Of a stretch of 52,159 bases of DNA, positions 1 to 9,393 are shown piece after piece. This DNA comes from Limisphaerales bacterium (GTDB lineage: Bacteria; Verrucomicrobiota; Verrucomicrobiia; Limisphaerales; SIBE01): positions 1-52,159 of the forward strand of contig JBGAIN010000040.1 in the NCBI GenBank assembly GCA_044225505.1, written 5' to 3'. Each line of letters begins with the position of its first letter. Position 1 is the stretch's first letter. The translations under genes and the position numbers were made by a program. The notes under the pieces are model-generated. The model ran no database searches. It was not told the DNA's origin and worked only from the letters and a program-made list of their open reading frames with translations.

Positions 1-2
1 AG

Positions 3-398
3 CTCGCGGAGTTGGAGGCCTACGATCGGATTTTGGATGAGGTTCTCGATCGATCCTACCGGGATTTACGCGTGAATCCTTTACGCAGTCGGTGGGAAAC
101 GCTCAACGATTTACGTGAGATCCGGATCGACCTCGCACGGATGAGTGACGAGCTATCCAATATTACGAAGTTTTTCGGAGATTGGCACCTGGCCCGAATC
201 TATCAGAGTATTTCGGCGCGGTTTCATTTGGCGGATTGGCACCGTACGATCGACGAGAAGTTGCAGACGCTAGACAACTTCTACCAACTGTTTAAACATG
301 ACCAGACCAACCGTTGGATGTTAATTCTGGAAACAACCATCGTTCTGCTGTTTATCATTGATCTGCTGGTGTTATTCATGGGGCTGCAGAAGCCTTGA
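3..398 (+). CDS. RMD1/DUF155-like protein, C-terminal part (5' truncated by window edge)
   Basis: Frame open from position 3; helical region LARIY...FHLADW...IDEKL followed by a single C-terminal TM (LILETTIVLLFIIDLLVLF), as in the RMD1/DUF155 family. Confidence 0.6.
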   Translation, partial: LAELEAYDRILDEVLDRSYRDLRVNPLRSRWETLNDLREIRIDLARMSDELSNITKFFGDWHLARIYQSISARFHLADWHRTIDEKLQTLDNFYQLFKHDQTNRWMLILETTIVLLFIIDLLVLFMGLQKP

Positions 399-1316
399 GG
401 TTGCCTGTGACGGCGGGGCGGTGGTGGAAATTGTGGAACAAGCGAGCCAAATGGGCCAGAGCAGCAAGGCCGCAAGGCCCAGCAATGCCGTTGCTTTTAC
501 CCAGGTGCTGTCGCGATATCTATCTGGTATCATATTCAAGAGGACCCCGATCACCGCCCCAGCGAAAAAGCCTGCGGCATGAGTCAGGACATCGCTGGCT
601 GGATTGACACCTAGAAGAACGAACAGGAAAACGCCTCCGAGCGCGGACCGGAGGGCTGACTGACGCCGTTGACGGTTCCATTGACCGCGGTGCAACGTAG
701 GGACAAAAATTAGGGCGAGGGCACCCATCACCATCCCCGAAGCACCCAAACCTGTATAATCTCCCGGGTAGAGCGTGCAGGCGATCCAATTGCCGATAGC
801 ACCGGATAGGTAAGCCGAGAACAGGCCAAGGCCAGAACCGTACCGAGCCATCGCTAGACCAAACAGCAGCACTCCACTAGTTGTATTGGCCAGAAGGTGC
901 CCCAAATCCGCATGCAACAGCGTTGCGGTAAAGGCCCGCCACCATTCTCCGCGAGCGACTTCACGAGTGGCAAACTGCGCGGCCGTTTTAAATTCGGGGT
1001 AATCAAGCGAAGTGACTCGATAGACCAGGATGAGCAAAATGCACCATCCGAGTGCGCCCCAGTGAAACATTGTCGCGGACCAAGCTGCCGGTTGGCGCCA
1101 ATTCCATCCGCGGTTTTCGACGCGGAACTGTTGAATGGCACGCAACGCGGCCTGGTGATCGGAAGGTTCGACCTCGAGTGCCCATCCCGATTCTGACTTG
1201 ATAATGGTGGATGGAATATCTTGGCTTGCTAGCACCAAGCTCCAGTCCATCACCTGCCGCTTCGAGAAGGCCGGAATAGTGACTGTGGGGGACACATTAC
1301 AAACTGCCGAGTTCAC
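372..1316 (-). CDS. Rhomboid family intramembrane serine protease with N-terminal soluble domain
   Basis: GEWWR, LLHADLGHLLAN, GASG catalytic Ser motif, downstream THAAGFFAG catalytic His; multiple TM segments. Confidence 0.9.
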   Translation of the reverse strand: MNSAVCNVSPTVTIPAFSKRQVMDWSLVLASQDIPSTIIKSESGWALEVEPSDHQAALRAIQQFRVENRGWNWRQPAAWSATMFHWGALGWCILLILVYRVTSLDYPEFKTAAQFATREVARGEWWRAFTATLLHADLGHLLANTTSGVLLFGLAMARYGSGLGLFSAYLSGAIGNWIACTLYPGDYTGLGASGMVMGALALIFVPTLHRGQWNRQRRQSALRSALGGVFLFVLLGVNPASDVLTHAAGFFAGAVIGVLLNMIPDRYRDSTWVKATALLGLAALLLWPIWLACSTISTTAPPSQATSRLLQPHE

Positions 1317-1669
1317 GCGCTAGGATCGGGCGGGAATGGCGTTTTGTCGAGTCGCACGCCGAGAAGGAAGTAGCGGAACGCTCTCGCGTGAGGGGTGCCA
1401 CTGAGTCAGGTGCGAGTGCAGGCCGCAGGTTTCCCGAGTGTCTCCCGTAGAATGCTTTAGGCAATGTCGAAGCCTTGCTGATTCGCAAAGAGACTCTACC
1501 TTTTCAGCAGCCCGCGGTGGGGCGGCATGACCGATAAGGAAAAGGGACTTTTTCTTGGAAAACGGAAAGATCTCTGGGTGCGTGAAGGTGGAACTCAACT
1601 TGCTCCATTGGCGGTGCTGCTTCCCGTCGGCAGCAGCACGGAATCGTCGTACAGGATGCTGTAAAGACT

Positions 1670-2377
1670 ATGAAAGTGATTCGCCCCAACTGCCGTGTTC
1701 AATTCACTTCCGAGGACGTCAACTTCATCATCAACACCCTCGGAAAGAAAGGAGGAGATACCAATTGCCTCGTGCAACTGCTCGCGGACGAGTCCGCGCG
1801 TGACCTTATTCTAGACGATGACGCGTTGTTCCACGCATTTCTAGAGCATCGGGGTTGTCTCCGTGTGTCGAATCATTTCTATTTTTACGTCTTGGTTCGC
1901 CATGTCTTGAGGAAAGCGGGCATCGAGGATCGAACCGTGGCGGATTACGTGGCGGAAGTGCTGTGTGAGTTTTCGTCGACGGACCGGTCGCGATGCTTGG
2001 TCCAAGGCGGGCGGGTCAGCCTGGATTATTTATTCGAGATGGTGGCGGCTTTGGAACGAGCCGACGATCGGGATCGTTTCTCGATTCGAGCCCACATTGG
2101 CAACCACTCCTTGTTTCTGACGGGATTATTTCCAGACCGAATTCGGTTTCGGGCGGAGAATCGTGGTTTCCCAAATCTGCGTTACTATGAGGCGCTCGGT
2201 CGGTCCAACTTTCGAGTGGCAAGCGACCATCGTTTGGCGGATCGATATGAGTTAGGGCCCATTTTCGCGACGCTAGCGGAGCGGTTTCAAGATGCACGAC
2301 TCGCGCTGAACGATGTTTCGCAACGATTATTTTCGTTGGGCGATCCTGATTTTGCGCGGATTCTCCAAAGCAATTAG
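1670..2377 (+). CDS. Conserved hypothetical protein (predicted all-helical)
   Basis: 235 aa ATG ORF, protein-like composition, motifs HIGNHSLFLTGLFPD and YYEALGRSNF; no function recognised. Confidence 0.75.
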   Translation: MKVIRPNCRVQFTSEDVNFIINTLGKKGGDTNCLVQLLADESARDLILDDDALFHAFLEHRGCLRVSNHFYFYVLVRHVLRKAGIEDRTVADYVAEVLCEFSSTDRSRCLVQGGRVSLDYLFEMVAALERADDRDRFSIRAHIGNHSLFLTGLFPDRIRFRAENRGFPNLRYYEALGRSNFRVASDHRLADRYELGPIFATLAERFQDARLALNDVSQRLFSLGDPDFARILQSN

Positions 2378-2397
2378 CTGTGGACCGCCAGCCTCGT

Positions 2398-3015
2398 TCA
2401 GGCCTTTCGAAGCAGTCCGGTCTCTCGGACCGCGGCGATGGTCTCTTCCGAGGCGCGATGCAGGATGGTTCTCCAACCACGCTGCTGGCCCGCCAGGATG
2501 TTCTCACCGCGGTCATCTATATAGAGGAGATCCGGGCCGCTGTGTGAGGCGTAGCGCTCGACCACTTCGTAAAGCTTCGGATCGGGCTTCATGGCTTGGT
2601 GTTCGTAGGAGAGGATGTGGCCATCAAACTCTTTGAAGAAGGGAAACCGATTTCGAATATGTTCAACGGCAATTTCGTTGGTATTCGAGAATATGTACGT
2701 CGGGATGTGCTGGGCTCGCAGTTGCGCGTGAAGCGCGATCATCGGCGGAATTGGGCTGAAGATGTCGGAGAACATGCTTCGAAATTCAGTAATCCCCTTC
2801 GAAAATCCGGATGCAGCGCAGATCTCCGCGAAAAACTGAGCGGTGCTGACGAGGTTACTCTCGTAGCGGTGGAGCAGGGGTGACTGATCGATCAGTTGGC
2901 GCAATTCGGCGATGGTTAAGCGGCAGTGTTGCTGCACTTTCGCCACGGCAATGTCGTAGTCGAAGTCCAAAAGAACTTTACCAAGGTCGAAAACGACGGC
3001 TTTAGGAGGGGTCAT
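2398..3015 (-). CDS. HAD-superfamily phosphatase (YihX-like)
   Basis: Motif I VVFDLGKVL, motif II SNTN, KPDP, motif IV YIDD. Confidence 0.9.
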   Translation of the reverse strand: MTPPKAVVFDLGKVLLDFDYDIAVAKVQQHCRLTIAELRQLIDQSPLLHRYESNLVSTAQFFAEICAASGFSKGITEFRSMFSDIFSPIPPMIALHAQLRAQHIPTYIFSNTNEIAVEHIRNRFPFFKEFDGHILSYEHQAMKPDPKLYEVVERYASHSGPDLLYIDDRGENILAGQQRGWRTILHRASEETIAAVRETGLLRKA

Positions 3016-3019
3016 TCGG

Positions 3020-3625
3020 TTAGGGTTCGAGAGTCCGCCGGCCAGAGATAGCGCGGTTTAGAGTGAGTTCGTCGGCGAACTCTAGATTGCTTCCTACGGG
3101 CAACCCTTGCGCGATGCGGGTTAGCTTTATTTTCCGCTCGGAGAAAAGCTTCTGCAAATAATAACTCGTCGCGTCGCCCTCAACATCCGACGGCAGCGCG
3201 ATAATCAACTCCTGGATCGGCTCCTGATCGAGCCGTCGTTCGAGCTTGTCAATTCGCAAGTCTTCGGGACCGACGCCATTGATGGGCGAGATCTTGCCGC
3301 CGAGAACGTGGTAGCGGCCGCGGAAAACAGAAGCCTTTTCGACGCTCAGGATATCGACGGGTCGCTCGACGATGCAGACTTGGGATGCATCCCTTTTGGG
3401 ATCAGCGCAGATGGCGCAGGGTTGATATTGAGTCAGCGCGCCGCAGATCTCGCAAGTCGACACGCGATCTCGCGCCAGGACTAAGACCCGGGCGAGTTCA
3501 TGGATGGCCGAAGCGTCTGCCTGGACGATATGGAGGGCAATGCGCTCGGCGGAGCGCGGTCCAATGCCAGGCAAACGGCTCAGGGCGCTAACGAGCGCTT
3601 CCACAGGTTCTGGCAGGACGGCCAT
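3020..3625 (-). CDS. recR: Recombination mediator RecR
   Basis: LPGIGPRSAERIA HhH, C4 zinc finger (CEIC..CAIC), Toprim YHVLGG, EGDAT; dnaX-ybaB-recR synteny. Confidence 0.97.
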   Translation of the reverse strand: MAVLPEPVEALVSALSRLPGIGPRSAERIALHIVQADASAIHELARVLVLARDRVSTCEICGALTQYQPCAICADPKRDASQVCIVERPVDILSVEKASVFRGRYHVLGGKISPINGVGPEDLRIDKLERRLDQEPIQELIIALPSDVEGDATSYYLQKLFSERKIKLTRIAQGLPVGSNLEFADELTLNRAISGRRTLEP

Positions 3626-3675
3626 GCTGAAATTCCGAAGGGATCCTGCAACCTCGCAGGAAGATCCTCAGGCAA

Positions 3676-3987
3676 TCACATCAATCCCGGAATATTAAAA
3701 CCGCTCGTGACCTTGCCCATTTCTGTGTTTGAGATCTCCTTCACCTGGGCGAGCGCGCTGTTCGTGGCCGTGAGGATTAGGTCTTCAAGAAGTTGGGTGT
3801 CCGCCGGGTTAACCGCTTGGGGGTCGATTTTGATTGAAGCAATGGTGCCGTCGCCCTTGGCAACGACTTTGACAACGCCCCCGCCGCTGGTCGCTTCGAC
3901 CGTTCGCGCGGCAATCTGGGCTTGCGTTTCTTCCATCTGCCGCTGGATCCGCGCGGCTTGCTTCATCAGTTTTCCAATACTCGACAT
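3676..3987 (-). CDS. ybaB: YbaB/EbfC family nucleoid-associated protein
   Basis: LMKQAARIQ, SGGGVVKV, LEDLILTA; located between dnaX and recR. Confidence 0.95.
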   Translation of the reverse strand: MSSIGKLMKQAARIQRQMEETQAQIAARTVEATSGGGVVKVVAKGDGTIASIKIDPQAVNPADTQLLEDLILTATNSALAQVKEISNTEMGKVTSGFNIPGLM

Positions 3988-4062
3988 ATTTTTTTGGGTT
4001 GAAGGTTAAGCACCGGGTTATCTTATAACATATCTCCGTTTGAACTGCAGGCGCACTGAAAG

Positions 4063-5838
4063 TCAGGTTCGGACGTCCACGATTTGACCTTTGAAAATCT
4101 CCAAGGCTTGTCGAATCAACGGGTCGTTCTTGAAGTCCTCTTTGCCAAGACCAGACGCTTTGCTTGGCTTTGCCTCCATCGTTTTTGGCGGAGAAACTGG
4201 CGCCAGCGTTGACGGAGTGGTGGAAAGCGGCGGAGCAGGCGCGGAAACAGCGGAATCGGGGCGAACCCAGGTCGCCGGTGGCTCGGCTTGAATAAACTTG
4301 AGCTGGACGTCCGGGTAACCGAGTTCCTGGAATTTAGACTGGATCAGAGCCCTATTTTTGGGATTGTCGACCAATCCCAAGTGGTCTTTGAATTCGGCAG
4401 CGAACCCAATTGTGAGCACGTTTCGCGTCCATGAAACGGGGTGAGCTTCCAAGAGGTAGGTCCGTGCGAAGAGACTGGCTCGTCCGACCGCTTCGACCAT
4501 TTTCGTCCAGAGCTCGCTCAACTCGTCCGACTTCGCGGGGGCTAACGCCGGAGCCGCCGCGACAGCATTCACCGGTGTGTCTTTCGCGCTCGCCCCCTTG
4601 GTGGCTGGAGGCGGCGGTGCGGGTTCAGGCAAAGTAAGGACCGCAGCGGGGGGCGAAGCCGGGGTAGGGGGTGGCGACTGGGAAGGGGGAGATCCGGCAT
4701 CTGCACGCAAGGCCATGAGTTTTCGCAAGACTGCGTCGAGGCTTACGGTCTGACGGGCTTCGGTGGCTTTAAGTAGCGCAATTTCAACCAGAATCCGTTT
4801 CGAGGCAGCGTCTCGGAGTCTCCCTTCGTGTTCGCTCAAGATGTCTAGCACTCGCGTGAGGGCATCTGCGGTGGAAAGTTGAGCGTGCTCAGCCAAAGTG
4901 GCAGTCTCTAGTTCCGACGTATCCAGGATGCTCGTGTCTCCATTTGAGATCTGATAGAGCAGGACGTTTCGGAAATGCGCCAAAAGCTCGCCGAGCAGTC
5001 TAGCCAAGTCCTTTCCTTGCCTGGCGAGGAGATCAAGCGTTTGGAGGCTGCTTTGCGGTTGGCCAGAGAGAACGGATTGCGCCAAGCTGAAAACCTGGCT
5101 GCGGGATGTCAGGCCAAACATGGACAAGACATCGTCCTCGACAATCCGCATGCCACAGAAGCTAATCAGTTGATCCAAAGCCGACTGGGCGTCCCGCATG
5201 CCGCCGTCAGCGCCGCGGGCGACAGCGTGCAGGGCGAGTTCATCGATTTGCACCTGCTCGAGGTTCGCGATGTGCGCCAGATGTTGCACAATCAGCGCTG
5301 TGGGGATACGACGCAGGTCGAAACGTTGGCAGCGGGACAGGATCGTCGGGAGGACCTTTTCCGGTTCCGTGGTGGCAAACATGAACTTCACATGAGCTGG
5401 CGGTTCTTCCAGCGTCTTTAGAAGCGCATTAAACGCCTCCTTGGTCAGCATGTGAACTTCGTCAATAATATAGATTTTGAAGCGCGAGGTGGCCGGCGCG
5501 TATTTGACGGTCTCGCGTAACTCGCGAACTTCTTCTATTCCCCGATTGCTAGCGCCGTCAATTTCCAAAACGTCGAGTGACCGCCCTTCTGTGATCTCCT
5601 GGCAACGAGAGTCAGCATCGGAAAAGTCGACTTTGGGACCATCCGTGCAGTTCAGGCACTTGGCAAAGATTCGGGCCAGGGTGGTTTTTCCGGTCCCGCG
5701 AGGGCCGACGAATAGGTAAGCATGCGCGATGCGATTTTGGCGGATCGCATTGGCCAGAGTCTGAGTGACATGTTCTTGCCCCACAACGTCGGCAAAACGC
5801 TGTGGGCGGTATTTGCGTGCAATGACTTGATAAGACAT
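4063..5838 (-). CDS. dnaX: DNA polymerase III subunit gamma/tau
   Basis: ARKYRPQRF, Walker A GPRGTGKTT, EIDGASN, DEVHML, SRC; Pro/Ala-rich linker and C-terminal domain. Confidence 0.97.
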   Translation of the reverse strand: MSYQVIARKYRPQRFADVVGQEHVTQTLANAIRQNRIAHAYLFVGPRGTGKTTLARIFAKCLNCTDGPKVDFSDADSRCQEITEGRSLDVLEIDGASNRGIEEVRELRETVKYAPATSRFKIYIIDEVHMLTKEAFNALLKTLEEPPAHVKFMFATTEPEKVLPTILSRCQRFDLRRIPTALIVQHLAHIANLEQVQIDELALHAVARGADGGMRDAQSALDQLISFCGMRIVEDDVLSMFGLTSRSQVFSLAQSVLSGQPQSSLQTLDLLARQGKDLARLLGELLAHFRNVLLYQISNGDTSILDTSELETATLAEHAQLSTADALTRVLDILSEHEGRLRDAASKRILVEIALLKATEARQTVSLDAVLRKLMALRADAGSPPSQSPPPTPASPPAAVLTLPEPAPPPPATKGASAKDTPVNAVAAAPALAPAKSDELSELWTKMVEAVGRASLFARTYLLEAHPVSWTRNVLTIGFAAEFKDHLGLVDNPKNRALIQSKFQELGYPDVQLKFIQAEPPATWVRPDSAVSAPAPPLSTTPSTLAPVSPPKTMEAKPSKASGLGKEDFKNDPLIRQALEIFKGQIVDVRT

Positions 5839-5940
5839 GCCAGTTCCGGGTCAGGCTATTTTTGACTAAGAGTCACGAGCATCTGGATATTGAGTTTTCC
5901 ACGTTCGAATTCAAGTCAGGATCAAGTAGAAGAGAAGAGA

Positions 5941-6032
5941 GCCAGGGTGACCACGGCAGACGCAGAGCAAACTACCGTTGCTGCATTCCTGCCCTGGCGG
6001 GGTTCGTAAGTCCACATTCCGTGGGCCCTGGC
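5941..6032 (-). ncRNA. ffs: Signal recognition particle RNA (4.5S)
   Basis: Minus strand GCCAGGG...GAACCCCGCCAGG-GCA-GGAA-TGC-AGCAACGGTAG...CCCTGGC: helix-8 GGAA tetraloop with CAGG/AGCA internal loop, paired ends, canonical position upstream of dnaX; ends approximate. Confidence 0.92.
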
Positions 6033-6194
6033 AAACTCAAGGAAAACGTAAGGGGGATCCGCGAACGCAGCAAGCAGAATCCGGCAACTACCCAGACGGT
6101 TCTCACCCGTTTAGTGCTTTCCTGAAAGCGACGCAGCGGGCGCTATTTGCAGAACCGCATCGGATCGTTCAGGGAATGGAGAGCCATCTCTTTC

Positions 6195-8804
6195 TCATGT
6201 CGTGGGGGGCGTATCTTGCGGAGTAACGATCGCCACAACACAGGTTTCCGGGTTGAGGTATTTTCTCGCCACGCGCTGAACTTCATCGACCGTGATTGAC
6301 TGGTAGCGCCCATCCTCCGTGTCGCAACTCTGGTAGCCTAGGCCGTAAAGTTCATCCAAAGCGGTGGTCATGGCGTAAGCACCCAGGTCTTGCCGGGCGA
6401 TCTTCTTCTGGCCAATCAGCTTGGCCTTGGCCCGCTGCAGTTCAGTTTCCGTCAGCCCTCCAACTCGCAGTGACTCAGCTTCTTTCAATAATTCAAATTC
6501 AACCAAGCTTTTCTTTTCTGGAGCTGTCCCGGCATAGAAAGCGAAGTAGCCTGGGTGGAGGCCAAGAAAGTTTTGAGCGCCGACGTAATAGGCCAGCCCG
6601 AGATTCTCTCGGATGCGCACAAAGAGCCTGGATCCAAGGTCGCTGAGCGCCTCTTGGATAAGTTCCAGCGCGTAGCGATCGGGATTGTGGAGATCAACGC
6701 CCGGAAAACCGATGACTAAGACAGCCTGCTTCTTGTCGCGATGTTCGACGGGGTGGAGCTGGCCGTTCAACTTAATCAGCGCTTCCGGACCTTGGGTCAT
6801 CGCTGTGAGGGATTTCCAATTGACGAGAGCGGACTCTACAGCCTGCTTCACGACGTCCGTTTGAATATCCCCGTAAATCGCTAAAACGCAGTTATTAGGT
6901 CGGACGAGCTGATCGTAGACTTGGCGCAAGTCGGCGATTTGTGCATTTGAAACGCTTTCCTCGGAGCCTTGAGCATCCAAGCCGTAACCCTGGTCCCCGA
7001 ACAGTGTGCGGCGCATCAGCCGACTGGCACTGGTCAGCAAATGATCTCGTTGCGCCCGAATGTTGGCGAGTTGGATCTGGCGCTCGCGCTCCACCGCCGC
7101 CGCCGGAAATGTCGGATGAAGAATGACATCAAACAACAGATCCAGCCCGCTCTGGAAATCGATGTTGAGCACTTGGGCATTGACTCCAAAGCTGTTGTTG
7201 CCGCCGTAAGTGTCGATGCTTCCGCCCAGCGATTCGATCTCCGTCACGATCTGTTCGGCGGTGCGCTGTGTTGTCCCTTTGAGGAGCAATTTCGCCAGCA
7301 GCAAGGTGACACCGTTGTTCTGCGAGGTTTCCGCCAGAACACCTCCTTTGAACACGGTGCGAAACTCGATAAATGGGAGGCGGTGATCTTCCTTGATGAG
7401 CAGGCGCAAGCCATTGGGAAGATCGAATTTTTGGATGGGGCGTTCTTCGATCACTTCTGCAATCTGAGACTCTTTGGGACTTGTCCCGACGGGCATGAGC
7501 GCATAGAGCGTGCGATTGGTGCTGGTGAGGTACTGCCGGGCGACACGTTGCAGGTCTTGAGGAGTAACGCGGCGGACTGCTGCGAGGTAGCGCTCGGAAA
7601 AGTTCAAATCCGCGGCCGCCAGCCAGTTGGCACCCAGGTCCTGGGCTTGTCCTTGCATGGTCTTCCGCGTGGCGAGAGTGGCCGACGTGAATTGCTTAAC
7701 CGCTTTCGCTAACTCCGCGGCTGGGACTAGATCGTGTTTCATCCGTTCGACTTGAGCCAAGAGAGCAGCACGAGCCGGGTGAAACTGGACCGGATCGACA
7801 ATGGCACTCATTCCCAGTAAGCCAGGATTGCCTGGACTGTAGGTCCAGGCGTCCGCGGAATGGACAACCCCAAGCTTCTCCCGAACTTCCTGGTAGAGGC
7901 GAGAGCTATGGCCTGATCCGAGCAGCGTTGCCAAAACATCCAGCGCGGGGGTATCCGCATGACGTAAGTCCGGAATATGCCACGCTACATGAAAGTGCCC
8001 GACTTCGATGGGAGCTTCTTCAATGATCTCGCGCTGGCCAGCCTGCGCGGGTTCTTCCGGGAGCACTTGCGGAGGTAAGGGCCGCGCCCGCACACCCGCA
8101 AAAGCGCGCCGAACCTGCCCCTCAACAACATCCGCTTTAATGTCTCCCACGACGACCAGGAAAATATTGTTGGGCGAATATTTCTCGCGGTAGAAAGCGA
8201 CCACGTCTTCGCGCCGGACCTCGTTAAAAATATCGGGATACCCAATGACCGTATAACGGTAGGGGCTGCGGGTGTAGGCAGTTTCGAAAAGCCGTCGGCT
8301 CGCTCGCCGACCGGGGTCATCCTGGTTCATGTCCATCTCCCGCAAGATGACCTGTTTCTCCTTATCCAATTCGTCGGCCGGAAGGGTGGCGTTGCGCATG
8401 ATGTCGCAGAGGATCTCGACTGCGATTTCAGCGCCGGTGTTGGGGACATTAATGTAGTAGACCGTACGGTCGAAAGAGGTGTAGGCGTTCATGTAGCCGC
8501 CTGCATCTTGCACCTCCTGGTCAATCCGGCCGGCGCCGCGGGTGGTCGTTCCCTTAAAGAGCATATGCTCGAGCGTGTGCGACAATCCGGCCCCTAACCA
8601 GCGTCCCTCATCAATGCTTCCCGCCTTACACCAGGCCTGCGCCGAGACTACTGGAGCACTGTGATCTTCGCGGACAATCAAGGTAAGTCCGTTCTCGAAC
8701 GTGGTCAGCTTTGTTCCGAGCGGTAAGAATGGAATTTCAGTTTCAGTGACGTAGGGACCGCCAACGAGTGGATCGAGAGTGCGAGAAGCGACAGGTAGGG
8801 ACAT
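6195..8804 (-). CDS. M16 (pitrilysin-like) zinc peptidase, two fused halves
   Basis: Inverted zincin HTLEHMLFKG and NAYTSFDRT in N-half; second half lacks HxxEH but has SRLFVRIRENLGLAY. Confidence 0.92.
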   Translation of the reverse strand: MSLPVASRTLDPLVGGPYVTETEIPFLPLGTKLTTFENGLTLIVREDHSAPVVSAQAWCKAGSIDEGRWLGAGLSHTLEHMLFKGTTTRGAGRIDQEVQDAGGYMNAYTSFDRTVYYINVPNTGAEIAVEILCDIMRNATLPADELDKEKQVILREMDMNQDDPGRRASRRLFETAYTRSPYRYTVIGYPDIFNEVRREDVVAFYREKYSPNNIFLVVVGDIKADVVEGQVRRAFAGVRARPLPPQVLPEEPAQAGQREIIEEAPIEVGHFHVAWHIPDLRHADTPALDVLATLLGSGHSSRLYQEVREKLGVVHSADAWTYSPGNPGLLGMSAIVDPVQFHPARAALLAQVERMKHDLVPAAELAKAVKQFTSATLATRKTMQGQAQDLGANWLAAADLNFSERYLAAVRRVTPQDLQRVARQYLTSTNRTLYALMPVGTSPKESQIAEVIEERPIQKFDLPNGLRLLIKEDHRLPFIEFRTVFKGGVLAETSQNNGVTLLLAKLLLKGTTQRTAEQIVTEIESLGGSIDTYGGNNSFGVNAQVLNIDFQSGLDLLFDVILHPTFPAAAVERERQIQLANIRAQRDHLLTSASRLMRRTLFGDQGYGLDAQGSEESVSNAQIADLRQVYDQLVRPNNCVLAIYGDIQTDVVKQAVESALVNWKSLTAMTQGPEALIKLNGQLHPVEHRDKKQAVLVIGFPGVDLHNPDRYALELIQEALSDLGSRLFVRIRENLGLAYYVGAQNFLGLHPGYFAFYAGTAPEKKSLVEFELLKEAESLRVGGLTETELQRAKAKLIGQKKIARQDLGAYAMTTALDELYGLGYQSCDTEDGRYQSITVDEVQRVARKYLNPETCVVAIVTPQDTPPTT

Positions 8805-8806
8805 AG

Positions 8807-9238
8807 CTAATTCGGGCCCGCTTTCGTTTCGGGCGATACTTTGGGTCCTACCCGAGTTCGTGGCAGGAATGGCTTGCAGAAGGCTTCTTCAAAATTGAAG
8901 CCGGGCTTGAAGTCGTCACGGCTATCGGTATCTGTTTTGCTCAACAATCCTTGATCCACCATGTTGAACACAAGTTCTCCAAAGTCTTCGCACGACTGAA
9001 TGCCCCACTCGTTCAACACCGTCTTTGCCATCGGTCCAAACTGAGACAAGGCAAAATCGCGGAGGCCTTGAAGGAGTTGCTCGCCCGAGACATGGCGGGG
9101 TTCCGACTTTTTCCGGTCGCTGAGCCGCTTTTGGGTATAGTCGAGGCCTTCCCGCAAGAAGCTGTAGGCATCCTTGTGGTAGCGCGCATCCTGCCGCGTG
9201 ATGCGTTGAATCACCTCATCAAAGTTCAAGCATTGCAT
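8807..9238 (-). CDS. Minf_1886 family (Planctomycetes/Verrucomicrobia conserved) protein
   Basis: DARYHKDAYSFLREGL, RHVSGEQLL, FGPMAKTVLNEWGI, DFGELVFNMV, DSRDDF motifs. Confidence 0.8.
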   Translation of the reverse strand: MQCLNFDEVIQRITRQDARYHKDAYSFLREGLDYTQKRLSDRKKSEPRHVSGEQLLQGLRDFALSQFGPMAKTVLNEWGIQSCEDFGELVFNMVDQGLLSKTDTDSRDDFKPGFNFEEAFCKPFLPRTRVGPKVSPETKAGPN

Positions 9239-9393
9239 GGGTTACGGAAGGCGAGTCAGACCAGGCCTTGGGAGAGGATGTGCCGTCCGGTAACTCTTGA
9301 CGGCCAGCCCTGTCAGCAAGAGGAAGATAACGACACTCAGGACCAGTTGTTCCTGTTTTGTCAAGTGACACACCTTTGAATGTAGCGGAGTAA

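Noticed and set aside
4063..5838. Programmed -1 frameshift producing a gamma subunit in dnaX
   Set aside because: No A AAA AAG heptamer or long A run seen on the coding strand
5862..6226. Plus-strand ORFs of 87 and 82 aa
   Set aside because: They overlap the SRP RNA on the opposite strand and have no protein motifs
6969..7712. 247 aa plus-strand ORF, and many similar antisense ORFs across the window
   Set aside because: Shadows of well-supported genes on the opposite strand, expected in GC-rich DNA
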